Source: Paraspadella gotoi (taxonomy: Eukaryota; Animalia; Chaetognatha). Taken from it: a stretch of DNA of 64,000 nt. The notes under the pieces were generated by a model. That model was not told the origin of the DNA. It did not search any database and saw only the letters and a program-made list of their open reading frames with translations. Both the position numbers and the translations under genes were made by a program. Shown here in pieces: positions 39,246-53,400 of this stretch. Within the stretch, counting starts at the first letter, position 1, and each line of letters opens with the position of its first letter. The DNA lies in the NCBI GenBank assembly GCA_051294375.1, contig CM119264.1, positions 9,938,175-10,002,174 of the forward strand. The letters are read 5' to 3'.

Positions 39246-42200
39246 ACACATCTCTTAACTCTAGAGAGTATTTTTAGCTTTCTACTTTTCACCAATTTAA
39301 ATCTTACCTCTTTTTCCACCTCGCATCGATGAGAGATTTCGATATGACAAAATATTCCTTCACAAAGTCACGTGATTCAAAGCCGCGTGATACGAAGTCA
39401 CGTGTTCGAGCCGGAGTCACGATCTCCGGAAATTTCCACGGACGGAAAAGCTCGAGTCTCTTTATTCCGAAAAACGCGGGACTCCGAATCCAAAGCGCAC
39501 GCTCGCCCCGATGCCACACCCTTACAGAGTTGTCAGGTCAGAGAGACTTGAAAAAGAATTTTCCACGGTTATTATATACCATAACAGCTTAACTCGCTTC
39601 ACAATATGATAGTCACTGTCAAAAAGTGGATTGAGAGGCCAAGTCCTTTTCCCTGAACAACCATGAGAAAACCCGAAACTTACCGGAAGAAAAATCTAAA
39701 CGATCACTATTATGTAATGAAATAGAATACTTTCATTTTATCAAAGTAGTATCTTGACAAAGAATGTATGATTTCATATAAATTTCAGGCTAAAATTTAT
39801 CTGAAATTTAGCCTGAAATTTAGCCTAAATACCTAAAAATCTCCAACGCCTTTTTTTATCATTATCATCCTCATCATTTCCTTCAACCGTCTTCCGTATC
39901 ACCATTCTTCTCTACTGACTTATCACCTTAACCTTCCTTATTTTCTTCAACTTATTTCGCTCATCTCTTTCTCATCCTCCTCCTCTTCCTTCACATCATC
40001 CCCCTCCTCTTCTTCCACTCTCCTCGTCAACCTCCCTCGCTCTGCCACATCCGTCTCCGAAGAAGCCACGAGACTTCTACTTCCGGTTAAACAACTGTCC
40101 GCCCTTTCCATTAGATATCTCTCCCACTTTTTCCGATTTCTCTCCTCACCATCTCCTTTTTTNNNNNNNNNNNNNNNNNNNNNNNNNNNNNNNNNNNNNN
40201 NNNNNNNNNNNNNNNNNNNNNNNNNNNNNNNNNNNNNNNNNNNNNNNNNNNNNNNNNNNNNNNNNNNNNNNNNNNNNNNNNNNNNNNNNNNNNNNNNNNN
40301 NNNNNNNNNNNNNNNNNNNNNNNNNNNNNNNNNNNNNNNNNNNNNNNNNNNNNNNNNNNNNNNNNNNNNNNNNNNNNNNNNNNNNNNNNNNNNNNNNNNN
40401 NNNNNNNNNNNNNNNNNNNNNNNNNNNNNNNNNNNNNNNNNNNNNNNNNNNNNNNNNNNNNNNNNNNNNNNNNNNNNNNNNNNNNNNNNNNNNNNNNNNN
40501 NNNNAACTCTCTCATTCTTTTATTGAAAATGGAAAACGTATGTAAATTTGTATAGTTAGCGAATTGAAAATGCACTCTTAATCGACCTGGCTACATTTTC
40601 ACTGTCCAAAAAAAATGCAACACGCGCATTCCACATTGTACAGCTCGACTGGAAAAANNNNNNNNNNNNNNNNNNNNNNNNNNNNNNNNNNNNNNNNNNN
40701 NNNNNNNNNNNNNNNNNNNNNNNNNNNNNNNNNNNNNNNNNNNNNNNNNNNNNNNNNNNNNNNNNNNNNNNNNNNNNNNNNNNNNNNNNNNNNNNNNNNN
40801 NNNNNNNNNNNNNNNNNNNNNNNNNNNNNNNNNNNNNNNNNNNNNNNNNNNNNNNNNNNNNNNNNNNNNNNNNNNNNNNNNNNNNNNNNNNNNNNNNNNN
40901 NNNNNNNNNNNNNNNNNNNNNNNNNNNNNNNNNNNNNNNNNNNNNNNNNNNNNNNNNNNNNNNNNNNNNNNNNNNNNNNNNNNNNNNNNNNNNNNNNNNN
41001 NNNNNNNNNNNNNNNNNNNNNNNNNNNNGAGAGAGGAAAGTAAGATATGTGAAAGCTGTCATGAGAGGAGGAAATGGGAGGAAACGTGTGAAAAGTGATT
41101 AAGGAGAGGATGAGAGGAAGCGGGAAGAAAGGGATTGAGGAAAAAGAGAAAAGAGATTGGGTGGAGTTAGGAACGTAAGACTTGAATTACATACATTATA
41201 TAAACGATAATGCTAGAAGTAAGAAATAAAACAGGACGCAATTAAATTGAGATGTAAAAGGAAACGAATAAGAGGTAATAGAAAATATAAATTACAAACA
41301 AGTTACAAANNNNNNNNNNNNNNNNNNNNNNNNNNNNNNNNNNNNNNNNNNNNNNNNNNNNNNNNNNNNNNNNNNNNNNNNNNNNNNNNNNNNNNNNNNN
41401 NNNNNNNNNNNNNNNNNNNNNNNNNNNNNNNNNNNNNNNNNNNNNNNNNNNNNNNNNNNNNNNNNNNNNNNNNNNNNNNNNNNNNNNNNNNNNNNNNNNN
41501 NNNNNNAAAAAAGGAAAAGGAAAGAGAAATGGAGGAAAGGAAAAAATGCGAATTAAAGTGGACAGAGGAAAAAAGGCCAACGCTGGCGGATGAGATTACA
41601 TTGCAGGCTAAAAAAGGGTTAATTGAAATTGATGAAAATCGTTGTGTCTGGATGTTTTTAATTCGCCCTTTTATGTTATTTATTTTATATCATTTGTAAG
41701 GTTTAAAAAGTTATAAAAGAGGTTGATTACTTTTTAAAAATCCGGGCACACGAAACTTAACGTCGATGTAAACATCGTTTCAAAGTTAGAATATTAAAAT
41801 CAAATGATTTGGAAATAAACAAAACAAAGAAGAAATACGATGCGTTCGAAAAAAACGAAGCTTTTTACAAAAATAAAAACAAAGCTAAACAAAAACAAAA
41901 ACAAAAACCGAAATGCCGAAGTAAAAATAAAGTAACAACGCCAATAACGAACGAAAGATTCAAAAGGAAAAGGAAATAACCAGAAAACTGGGACAAAGAA
42001 CAACAAATGAAGCGGCAGAAGAAAAAAACAAAAAAACAAAATGGATGGAAACGGAAACAGCGAGCGTCTGCGAGCCAACGAGACAATGAACGATGCGAAA
42101 ACCCCGGGCGCCTCGCCTCGCCACGGATTTGCGCCATAACAACCTAATGTCTGGGGGGAAACCAGTCTTTTTCCGCGCCATATATGTTATTCTCTCTCAT

Positions 42201-43845
42201 TTTATTTCCAATAACGGAAAATCCAATGAAGAATAAAGATGACGTTTAGAGGGCGGGAAAAAGAGTTGGCCGAAGGGAGGNNNNNNNNNNNNNNNNNNNN
42301 NNNNNNNNNNNNNNNNNNNNNNNNNNNNNNNNNNNNNNNNNNNNNNNNNNNNNNNNNNNNNNNNNNNNNNNNNNNNNNNNNNNNNNNNNNNNNNNNNNNN
42401 NNNNNNNNNNNNNNNNNNNNNNNNNNNNNNNNNNNNNNNNNNNNNNNNNNNNNNNNNNNNNNNNNNNNNNNTAACGCAGTAAGAGTGAGTCATTCTATCG
42501 ATTGGGTATAAAATAGTAGAAAGAAAAAGATAGTGAGTTTCAGGATCGTGACGTGGGTCGAATTGCTAACAACAGAGAAGAGGGAATAGAAGGAGGAAAG
42601 GAAAATGTAGGAAATGACCAGCTGCGTTTAAAGCCTCGAGGCGAGAGAGAGATTGAAAGAGAGAGAGAGTATTTGTGCGTGTGAAAGTGAGAGAGTACAA
42701 AGGCAGGAAAGGAGAGAGTAAAGGAGGGAAAGTAAAGGGTGAGGAAGGAGAGATTGAAGGAGGGAGTTTTAGAGATGGACGAATGGTCGAGACAGAGAAA
42801 AAGAAAAGAGCGAGAACGTGCTGCCATCTCTAATGAAAAATCCTTCTTCGCTTTTCCTTTTTCCTTTTTTACTTCCCCTTCATTCGTTATCTTTTTTTCT
42901 CTTTCCTTTTACGTATTTCTTCGTCTCGAAACTCTTCCTTTTTTATATTNNNNNNNNNNNNNNNNNNNNNNNNNNNNNNNNNNNNNNNNNNNNNNNNNNN
43001 NNNNNNNNNNNNNNNNNNNNNNNNNNNNNNNNNNNNNNNNNNNNNNNNNNNNNNNNNNNNNNNNNNNNNNNNNNNNNNNNNNNNNNNNNNNNNNNNNNNN
43101 NNNNNNNNNNNNNNNNNNNNNNNNNNNNNNNNNNNNNNNNNNNNNNNNNNNNNNNNNNNNNNNNNNNNNNNNNNNNNAACATTATATAGCGGAAAGAGAG
43201 GGGAGGACCGGGGCCCCTTCTCGGTTGGTGAGATGACTACAACGACAGAAGGGTAATGTTCCATTTATACTTTCAGCTTTTTTATTCATTTCGTTACTTT
43301 CCATCTCATTAATTATCCTCGGTTCTTTCGCAGAAGCGGCGAGCGTGTGGGGGCAAGTGGCGAAAGTTATTTGAAGGGGAATGGAACAAAAGCGATTAGT
43401 TAGCGATGGAATTAAAAAAATAGGTTGTCGTTATCATAATTAAATTAAAATTAAGAAGGGGAATATTGAGAAAACATAACGCTAAGAGACAAAATATAGA
43501 AGGGACCAAAATGGGGCCCGAGTTGGAGAGAGAGTAAGACAGAGTTAAAATAAAGGGAACAGAAAATATTTTTCATTTTCATTCAATTCCATCGGTCATG
43601 TACCCACAACAGAAAAAGTCTCTGACCGAGACAGCATCTACGACAACGACAACAACGACGATAACCATGACGACGAATGTGGCGACGCGCGATAAATGAC
43701 TTCGTGACCAACGAAAAGGGGACCCGACTGGAAAAAGCTTGAACTACTATGATTATTATAATTATTCAGTAATACAGAATAGTTCAGAGAAAATCATGAC
43801 TCGTTATTGAACTTCAACTTCTTTAAAAACCTGCCAGATCTTTCT

Positions 43846-43881
<36 letters not shown>

Positions 43882-44497
43882 NNNNNNNNNNNNNNNNNNN
43901 NNNNNNNNNNNNNNNNNNNNNNNNNNNNNNNNNNNNNNNNNNNNNNNNNNNNNNNNNNNNNNNNNNNNNNNNNNNNNNNNNNNNNNNNNNNNNNNNNNNN
44001 NNNNNNNNNNNNNNNNNNNNNNNNNNNNNNNNNNNNNNNNNNNNNNNNNNNNNNNNNNNNNNNNNNNNNNNNNNNNNNNNNNNNNNNNNNNNNNNNNNNN
44101 NNNNNNNNNNNNNNNCTTCATATCGATTCTTCGATTTCTCACTCAGTTTCCACAATTTTCGTTCGTGATTAATGATATAATTCGTTTTATAATTTTAAAA
44201 ACAAAAACGGCAAAAATATTATAAAAAAGAAAAAAGAAGAAAAAAAAGAGACTTCGATTAACGCTGAGGTCGATGAACTTAACGATGGCGGTAACTGAAT
44301 TAAAGCTCAGAATAAAACCATTTATCGTTTTTTCTTTTTTAAGTTAAAAGGCTCAACTCTCTCTCTTTTTCTATGGTCTTATCATAATCACCAGTGACCG
44401 AACACCTCCGACAATTTATCTTCCTCGACACTTTTTTACTCCCTTCTCACTTATTCTACCATCCCCTTTTCCTCCATTCCTACCTTCCCCTTCCTTC

Positions 44498-44728
44498 GCC
44501 CTTCTCCTAGATTCCTCTTTCCTTTTTCGTCTCTTCCCTTCCAACTCCTTCCCGCTTTTTTCTCCATTCCCGTGTACCTTCCTTGTCACTTATCTTTCAC
44601 CTCCTCAGCCCTTCTCCTAGATTCCTCTTTCCTTTTTTGTCTCTTCCCTTCCCTTCCATCTCCTTCTCCTTTTTCCTCCATTTCTGTGCCCCTTCCTTGT
44701 CACTTATCTTTCACCTCCTCGGCCCTTT
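44498..44728. repeat. Pyrimidine-rich tandem repeat, ~110-bp unit x2+
   Basis: gcccttctcctagattcctctttcc at 44498 and 44608; ccttccttgtcacttatctttcacctcctc occurs twice. Confidence 0.85.
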
Positions 44729-47561
44729 TCCTCTTTCCCTCTCACGAAGAATCGTTGAGGAAAGAAAAAAAAAAGAATCGGTGGCTTCCATTATTGCTCG
44801 TTTTAACTCAAGTACTTCCGCGTGAAAAATGTCTCCGGATTCTCTGACTCGCTCTCTCTCTTCCTCCTCTTCTTTTTGCTTCTTTTACACTTTCCTTTAA
44901 ACTGGTTCAACCTCTTGAATTTTTTTTTACGCACATACTTTTTAACTCTATATACTTCTGATTTCCTTTGATTCTGCAGCATTCACTGGCACAAACTATG
45001 CTTCACTATGTATTTAAATGATAATTTAACAAATACTTTATATTCTTTATAAAAATTACTTTCGTGTTTACTCATAACTTTTTAACTAAGTATTTCTTCA
45101 ACAATTAACGCTTTCCATTTTCTTTGTCTCTCCTCTTTTTTCTCACACATTCTTGATTTATTTCCTCTTCGCTTTCCCTTCTCTTCCTTTTCTTTTTCCC
45201 CTCTTTTTTTTCTCCTTGACTTAGTCTTTTCCTTAATTCTCTCACTTTTTCTTTTTTTCTTTTCATAATTTGTCAGTTCGTCCGAAGACTTTTGTTTCTC
45301 GTTTGTCGTGAACGTCGCTNNNNNNNNNNNNNNNNNNNNNNNNNNNNNNNNNNNNNNNNNNNNNNNNNNNNNNNNNNNNNNNNNNNNNNNNNNNNNNNNN
45401 NNNNNNNNNNNNNNNNNNNNNNNNNNNNNNNNNNNNNNNNNNNNNNNNNNNNNNNNNNNNNNNNNNNNNNNNNNNNNNNNNNNNNNNNNNNNNNNNNNNN
45501 NNNNNNNNNNNNNNNNNNNNNNNNNNNNNNNNNNNNNNNNNNNNNNNNNNNNNNNNNNNNNNNNNNNNNNNNNNNNNNNNNNNNNNNNNNNNNNNNNNNN
45601 NNNNNNNNNNNNNNNNNNNNNNNNNNNNNNNNNNNNNNNNNNNNNNNNNNNNNNNNNNNNNNNNNNNNNNNNNNNNNNNNNNNNNNNNNNNNNNNNNNNN
45701 NNNNNNNNNNNNNNNNNNNNNNNNNNNNNNNNNNNNNNNNNNNNNNNNNNNNNNNNNNNNNNNNNNNNNNNNNNNNNNNNNNNNNNNNNNNNNNNNNNNN
45801 NNNNNNNNNNNNNNNNNNNNNNNNNNNNNNNNNNNNNNNNNNNNNNNNNNNNNNNNNNNNNNNNNNNNNNNNNNNNNNNNNNNNNNNNNNNNNNNNNNNN
45901 NNNNNNNNNNNNNNNNNNNNNNNNNNNNNNNNNNNNNNNNNNNNNNNNNNNNNNNNNNNNNNNNNNNNNNNNNNNNNNNNNNNNNNNNNNNNNNNNNNNN
46001 NNNNNNNNNNNNNNNNNNNNNNNNNNNNNNNNNNNNNNNNNNNNNNNNNNNNNNNNNNNNNNNNNNNNNNNNNNNNNNNNNNNNNNNNNNNNNNNNNNNN
46101 NNNNNNNNNNNNNNNNNNNNNNNNNNNNNNNNNNNNNNNNNNNNNNNNNNAGAGAGAGAAAAAACAAAAGGGGAAAATAAGCCGAGAAGATGGCGTATTA
46201 GTAGCGGAGAGAAAAATAAATAATAGAGCAATAAATAATAATGAATAACTAANNNNNNNNNNNNNNNNNNNNNNNNNNNNNNNNNNNNNNNNNNNNNNNN
46301 NNNNNNNNNNNNNNNNNNNNNNNNNNNNNNNNNNNNNNNNNNNNNNNNNNNNNNNNNNNNNNNNNNNNNNNNNNNNNNNNNNNNNNNNNNNNNNNNNNNN
46401 NNNNNNNNNNNNNAAAAAAAAAAGATAAAAAGAAGGAAGAAAATAAAAATCGATTTAGCGTTAAACCAATTTATCGGAGATGTTTCAGTGGAATAAGCCG
46501 ACACACTTTAGACTCTGTAAACTCAATATTAAAAGTCTAAGATTCGTTCTCTCTTGACTTTCGACTTCGCAATAGCGTCTGGAACAACGGGGCGGATCCC
46601 TTCTTCGTTTCCTGTCGTACAAAGGCAATCACCGAAAGTTCCCAACTCGCTGCTTTCCCTTTAAAAATCCTCCATTCCCTTTCGCATAACTTTTTCTCCG
46701 CATCACCGTTTTAAGATCCGTTAAAATGACGAGAATCAACCGGACGATGATGACGACGACGAACTCATTGAAGCGGAATAAAAACTGATTAAAAAAAAAA
46801 ACCAAAACAAGAATTTAGATTTTGATTCGACGTGACGTCGACGATCGACGAGCGAAAATAAATCTTCATCCGCATCTGCAGCGCAATCGACATCAAAGTC
46901 GCCATCAGCCGGCAAAAAGATTACCAAGAGAGAAGAAAAAGAAAATGAATATGGCTAGACTTAAACGAAGGTAAAAACATAGGTGGCGCTTAAGGTACAT
47001 AAGTTTACAGTTTTTATAGTTAAAAATGATATTAGTCTTAATTTATTTCGGGAAAAAAAAATTTTGTGCATCTTTTCGTCGTCGTCATTGTCGTCGTCGT
47101 CGCCATCATAGGTTTTTCTTCTCGATTCGACAGAGAAAATTTTGTCAAATTTTTCCATAGACTCTTAATTTTTTTCCGGTTTGGCAAAGTTTTTCTTATT
47201 CCCTGACTAAAAATAAAATCTTTTTTGCGTCACCGAAATCGAATCGGGGAAATTTGAACTTTGGCTCCAGGTGAGGGATTAGGTTATGCGATCCTTCACA
47301 ACATGGAAAGTGTGGGTGTTTTTTTTTTTAATAAAAGCATTTTAAAGAAAATTTCAATGAATTTTTTATATTTTTGTCATAATAAAAGGAGAAAAAAATA
47401 TACTCATTTAATATTTCATCCAATAAATTTTTGATTGCCGTGTCTTTATAGTCCTCTCTGGGAGGCTCCCCCCCCGGGCCCCAAACGTTTTTTTTAAAAT
47501 TTTCTTTTTTTTTTTTTTTTACCCTTTTTTTCTTCCCAAAACTCGGGATTTTTCCCGCCAG

Positions 47562-47654
47562 AGGTCAGACGTCGGTCGGAGAAGAGGCGCTGATTAAACT
47601 CACCCTCACCCTTGCCATTTTCTTCGGGTGCCTCGTCCCTTTCCTCTCCGATGG
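47562..47654 (+). CDS. Signal-peptide-like exon of an Ig-domain protein
   Basis: ttttcccgccag| a GQTSVGEEALIKLTLTLAIFFGCLVPFLSD gg |gtaagc. Hydrophobic core; the phase-2 end joins the next exon to give ...FLSDGVEALCER. Confidence 0.65.
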
Positions 47655-47870
47655 GTAAGCAGTTTGCACCTCTGTTTCTCAGACACGGCGACTTCGGAGA
47701 GTGAGCCACTTACAAACAGACTGACTGACTGACTGACTTACTGAACTTTGATATTTAAGTCTCTCAAATAATTTAGACAAAGTCACCATAATATATATGT
47801 ATGTATTTTAAGTTAAATAAAAAAAAACAACAACTAATCAACCCCCGTTCACCCCTTTGCTCACTCACAG

Positions 47871-47985
47871 GGTGGAGGCTTTGTGCGAGCGCTCGGACAG
47901 ACCCTGTTTTCTCACAGAACCGCAAACTGTTTCGGTGATGGAGGGAGAATTCGCCCAGTTCGTCTGTGAAGTCACCAATCTCAAA
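47871..47985 (+). CDS. Exon encoding the N-terminal half of an I-set/V-type immunoglobulin domain (cell-surface IgSF protein, lachesin/DIP/IgLON-like pattern)
   Basis: ctttgctcactcacag| g VEALCERSDRPCFLTEPQTVSVMEGEFAQFVCEVTNLK |gtaagg. It shows the Ig A-A'-B strand motif P.F...P....V.EG..A.F.C.V.NL. Confidence 0.8.
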
Positions 47986-47988
47986 GTA

Positions 47989-48030
<42 letters not shown>

Positions 48031-48540
48031 ATTGGAAAAACAAAAACACAAATTTTTAGGAGAAACAGAGCGAAGGAGAGATGAAGAAGAAACAGGCCAG
48101 CTAAAAACTTTTAAGAAAAAAGAGAGAAGTGTTTACTAATATAATATTTACTTCATTTTTCGGATATTATTGATAGAGCAAAGTAATTAATTTGTTCGCT
48201 ATATTATAAAACGTATAAATAATATATAGCTTTTATTCTGGACTGTTGACCGCCATGTGAAAAGTTTCTGTTTCAGTTTTTCTGAAAAAAAAAACAGAAA
48301 AAACAAGAGAATAAAAAAAACTAAGAAAATTGGAGGATTAACAAAGGTTTTAAGTGGATAGGAGAAAAGCGAAAGTGGAAAACGGGTTATCGACGGCTTA
48401 AGACTCTACAACTCCGCATTTGGTTCCGGAAAAAAAAGGGATTAAAAAAGGGGGAAAAAAGGAAAAATAGGGAAAGTGGAAAAAACGACTTAAAGAGGAA
48501 TCGAGGGAACTAAGTTGAGTGCATTTCGTCTGAAAATAAT

Positions 48541-48678
48541 TTCTTCTCTTTTCTTTTCTTCTCCTCTCCTCTCTTTTCTTTTCTTTTCTTTTCTTTTCTT
48601 TTCTTTTCTTTTCTTTTCTTTTCTTTTCTTTTCTTTTCTTCTCTTCTCTTCTCTTCTCTTCTCTTCTTTTCTCTTCTC
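48541..48678. repeat. (TTTTC)n/(TCTTC)n pentanucleotide microsatellite
   Basis: Directly visible. Confidence 0.95.
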
Positions 48679-49295
48679 ACTACTTTTTTGTCCGTTAATA
48701 CTTTATTTTTAGCTTATTTCCATAACTACTTCTCTCACCTCCCTAAACTTTTTCAAGACTAAGTCTTTTCTTCCTCCTCTTTTCTCTCCTCTCTTCTTTC
48801 CTCTCTCCGCCCATGTCATTTGTTAATCCATTTATTTCTCGATTAACTCCATCCATACCGGAGGGCCTCACCGCTCATTCGCTCTGGGAATCGACGACTC
48901 GATTTCGAAAAGTCCCACGAAAAAAATTTTGTCGTTCGTCAATTTTTTTTTGGCGGAGGAGGAGAAGGAGGAGGAGGAGGAGAAGTAGAAAGAGGAGGAG
49001 GAAGTTGAAAACTGGTAAGCTTCGCCTTAGGTAGAAATAGAAGGGAAGAAAAGAAAGAGATCGTTAAGGATGCAGATAAGATGGAAAAGATAACATCTGA
49101 TAAAAAAAGAAAACATATTTCTCGCCCGGAGATAAATAACAAATTCCTTGGCCGAAGCGCGTAACTCGTAGGAAACATAAAATTAAAAGTCGGCGTCTTT
49201 ATCTCTCGTTAGCGATTTTGACTCGAAGCCAAACGTTGTCATCTCTCGCTCAGCGAATCGAACGAGACGTTAGTCTGGAAAGAGAGAAAGAGAGA

Positions 49296-49335
<40 letters not shown>

Positions 49336-50437
49336 TTTGTCGCCAGGCCTTTCCAATTTCCACTCCACTTACCATTTCGACATTGATTCGTTTTCTTCTC
49401 CTCAGTTCACCTCGTTGACTTTTCTCCGCCCTTTTTACCTCCTCTGTCACTCTGCTATTCACACCAGCTACATTATTTTCTCTATTCCTAACTGTTTTCT
49501 GCGAAACTCAGTGACCTCGTCAAACTTTTCTGTAATTTTGTGATTTCCCTTCCTTACCTTCATTTTCCATCGTCTTCAACCCCTCCTCACTATCTATTTC
49601 ACCCCTAACTATGTACTCTCTTTCCGCCCCGAGAATCCAATGGGCGTCGTTATCCGAATGACTAAAAACATGAGAAGCGCCTAAGGAATAATCTCGAGCG
49701 GGATTTTTATTTAATCATTGCTACTTGTGATGGCAAAGAACTCCTGTTGAGAAGCTGAGAGGATTAGCCAGTCGGTTTCTGTGATTGCGAAAAGCCTTGA
49801 GAGCCTCATCCTCAGATAGCACAGCTGAAAATGGTATCCAGTATCTTGGATGAAAATGACGTAATCGCGCCTGTAAAAGAGGTCACGGTATTTTCATTTC
49901 AAACACCTCCGTTTATGGCAAACAGGAAAAAAAAAAGCGCAATTAGGAAAAATAAATAAGAAATATTGTAATGAGTTCACGTCACAAAANNNNNNNNNNN
50001 NNNNNNNNNNNNNNTTAACAAACTTGGAACTTACAATAACTGTACAGAAAGCTTTTACAAGGAAGAAACATAAGAAAAATGCATTTGACGCTAACATGTG
50101 AAGCTTTTAAAATTAATATAGGGGAATACAAAACTGTTGACGGGAAGAAAGCAACCGGAGACCTAGACGAAAAGAGCGGCATTATAGGTATTGGGCCCGC
50201 CAGCCGAAAAAGCCCCCGTAACATTTCTCGACAGCGTATTATAGAGTTCAATGCCTTGGTTAAACACGGCCCTTCGAGGGTCGTCTCATAATAGCGTGGT
50301 TTTAAGAAACTCCCTTTCTCTTGCTGTGCCTTCCGTTGTAGCTCGTATGAGCAGAAATACCTAACACACGTTAACCCAGCATAATTCCCAAAGACTTATA
50401 TAAGCCCACGAGTATTCCGTCACCTCCACCAAATAAG

Positions 50438-53400
50438 CCCCTAACCTAACCCTAACCCTAACCCTAATAACCCTACCCTAACCCGTAAACCCTACCCTAC
50501 CCTAACCCTAACCCCTAACCCTACCCCGTATAACCCATAAACGCGCTGGAACCGTAGACCCGTAGACCCTAAACTCCTGCAACCCTCGAAACATACATTA
50601 GACAAACCCGTGAACCACTAGAAGGACGTTAAAAACCCATAAACTACATAACAAGCTACCACAGAGCAGGTTCAGCAAGCACCGCTTTAGTAAGAACTTC
50701 CTAACACTCTTCTACCATGACTTCATAACAACGATAGATTCCCTTGACACCCTTTTATTACACCCCTTGGACCTACACTCTTAAGCGCCCCATTTAGGCC
50801 TAACCCGGTAAGACATCCTCTTAGGAACATGAGTTAACCAATCAACTCCTAAACTATAAAGACTCGTTTGTACTCAATCTTTCTCACACGTAAAGCCCTA
50901 AACCTTCACCATGTATAACAGAATAATGCCTATATCCGATAAAAGACATGACATTCGCTAATACTAACTAAACATGTCGCCCTCTCTTATCCGCCCTACT
51001 CCCCACCCTAACCCCCATAACCACCCACTTTCACTCACTATCACCACTAGAATACCCATTTCCGCGAGAACTCGCTCCAACTACCAAAATCACCCAATGA
51101 CGAACAACTGCGTAAACCCATCAATAAACACACGATATCAACGCCCTACACGAAGATCCATAACCGCATACCCACTACCCTAAACACACAAATAACAAAG
51201 AAACGCCACTGGAACGAAATTTCGGACGACACCAGACCTATAATTCACACACCACTTTGTAACTCGCACCTAACCCATAGAAAATAAAACACAACCAATA
51301 AACACCCTAAAAACCACTAACGCGCCTCACTCTCCAGAAAGAGAACTAAGAACCCTAACTACAAACAAGCCCTAACCCTAACCTACCCTAACCCTACCAA
51401 CCCTAACCCTAACCCTAACCCTAACCACTACCCTAACCTAACCTAACCCTAACCCTACCTAAACCCTAACCTAAAGCCTACCCCTACCCAAATACAAAAC
51501 ACACGATAAACCCTAACACACATAACCTAACCACCCTAAAACGTCGTAAACCCAAAGTATAACAATCCATACCCGCCTAAGAACCTCTGAACCAAAGAAA
51601 AAACAATAAAGGACACACAACACGATCCTGGAAACCACGGCCCCCAGGTCGATGAACCGAATAAAAACAACGGTCGCGCAGTTTCCAAGTTTGGGCTTAA
51701 ACTCGCAGGGAGAATTCACGATCAGACTCAAACCAGTACACCTCGTGAGACACACTAAAACCCTAAAATCACCTTCCTACGAAACCCCCTAAGTCGCAAC
51801 GGGCGTAACCCTTAACCCTAACGCGCTACGAGACCGCCGTGACCCTTAAATTTCGCCTAAGAGGTTCTTGTGACTGAGATCTCGCGGCTAAACCCTGAAA
51901 TCGCACGTAGTGACAGTAGCACGATCCTGTGGGAATAAAACGCGCTAATAGTCCTATTTTCCGCGAACAAGAGACATAACGACGTAAAGACCCAACGACC
52001 TAAGCAGACGGTACCCTAACCCTTAACCCTAACCCTAACCCTAACCCTAAACCTAACCTAACCCTAACCCAACCCTAGAACCCTAACCTAACCACTAACG
52101 ACCATGACCTTAACCCTACACTAACCCTAACCCTAGACCCTAACACGACTAACCTAACCCTAACCCTAACATAGACCCTAACCCTAACCTAACCCAACGC
52201 ACTTAACCCTAAGACACCTACGAGAAAACCCTAGCACTAAGCCTAACCCTAACCGCTAAACCCTAACCCCTAACGACTAACCCTAGCCATAACCCTAACC
52301 CTAACCCAACCTAACCTAACCTAACCCTAACCCTAAGCCCTAAACCCTTAACCTAACCCTAACCCTAGAGACCCTTAACCCTAAACCCTAACCCTAACCC
52401 TAACCACGTAGAGACCTAGAAGAGCAGAAACGACTAATCCCTAGAACGACCTAGCACCCTAACCCGTAAACGCACTAACCCTAACCTAACCGTAAACCTA
52501 AGACCTAACCTAACCCTAACCCTAACCCAAACCCTAGAACCTAAACCCCTAACCCTAAAGCCCTAACGCACTAACCCTTAACCCTACCTAACCCTAACCG
52601 CTAAACCCTAACGAGCAACACCTAACCCTACCCTTAACCCTAACCCTAAGACCCTAAGCCCTAACCTAACCCTACCCCTAACCCAAACCCTTACCCTAAG
52701 AGCACGACCTAAACCCTAACCCTAACCAACCCAACCCTAACCCCTAACCCTAGAACCCTAACCCTAACGAGCAGCTAACCACCTTAAGCCCTTAACCCTA
52801 ACCCTAACAACCCTAACCAACTAACCCTAACCTAACCCTACCTAACCGAGATAAAGAAACCCTAAGACACGACGCAGAGTAGAACCGACGAAAATACAAA
52901 TAACGCAACAAGCTAACTCGCCATGTAGGAAACAAACTCCTCACAGCATAGATACAACTATACACCCTCAATTCCTAAACCTCCCATCTTAATCCCTAAC
53001 CCTCAAACCACTAACCCCTACCATAACCCTTTAACCCTTACCCAAACCACCTATGAGACCCCAAACCCACCTAACTCCCTTATCCACACTTTAAACCTAC
53101 TATCACCACTATCTATACCCCATAAACTCCCTAAAACCTCTCCCTATAAAACAATCCCTAAACCCTAAACCCTACACTCCTAACCTAGAGACGCACCTCA
53201 CGAAACACTCACACGACCTAAACCACATGAACCCCTGACAGCCGCATTAACACATGACTCGCTAGTATCTCAACTCAAGATTAGAGTCTTAAACACCTTT
53301 TACACCCCTTATTACTTTTAACGGATAACTCCGCGGTGAACCTTAATCTCTAACGATAAACCCTACACCGCTTGACTCCCTAACCCTACCTAACCACCAT

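Noticed and set aside
39780-39821. Hairpin aaatttcaggctaaa / tttagcctgaaattt as a terminator
   Set aside because: Eukaryotic context; explained by a short 12-bp local repeat around the palindrome aaattt.
45082-46504. Long ORFs made mostly of X (also 14238-15257, 38533-39078 and others)
   Set aside because: They span N gaps and carry no information.
49720-49872. Minus-strand exon after ttttacag (ARLRHFHPRYWIPF...)
   Set aside because: Two frames are equally open, with no homology and no partner exon.
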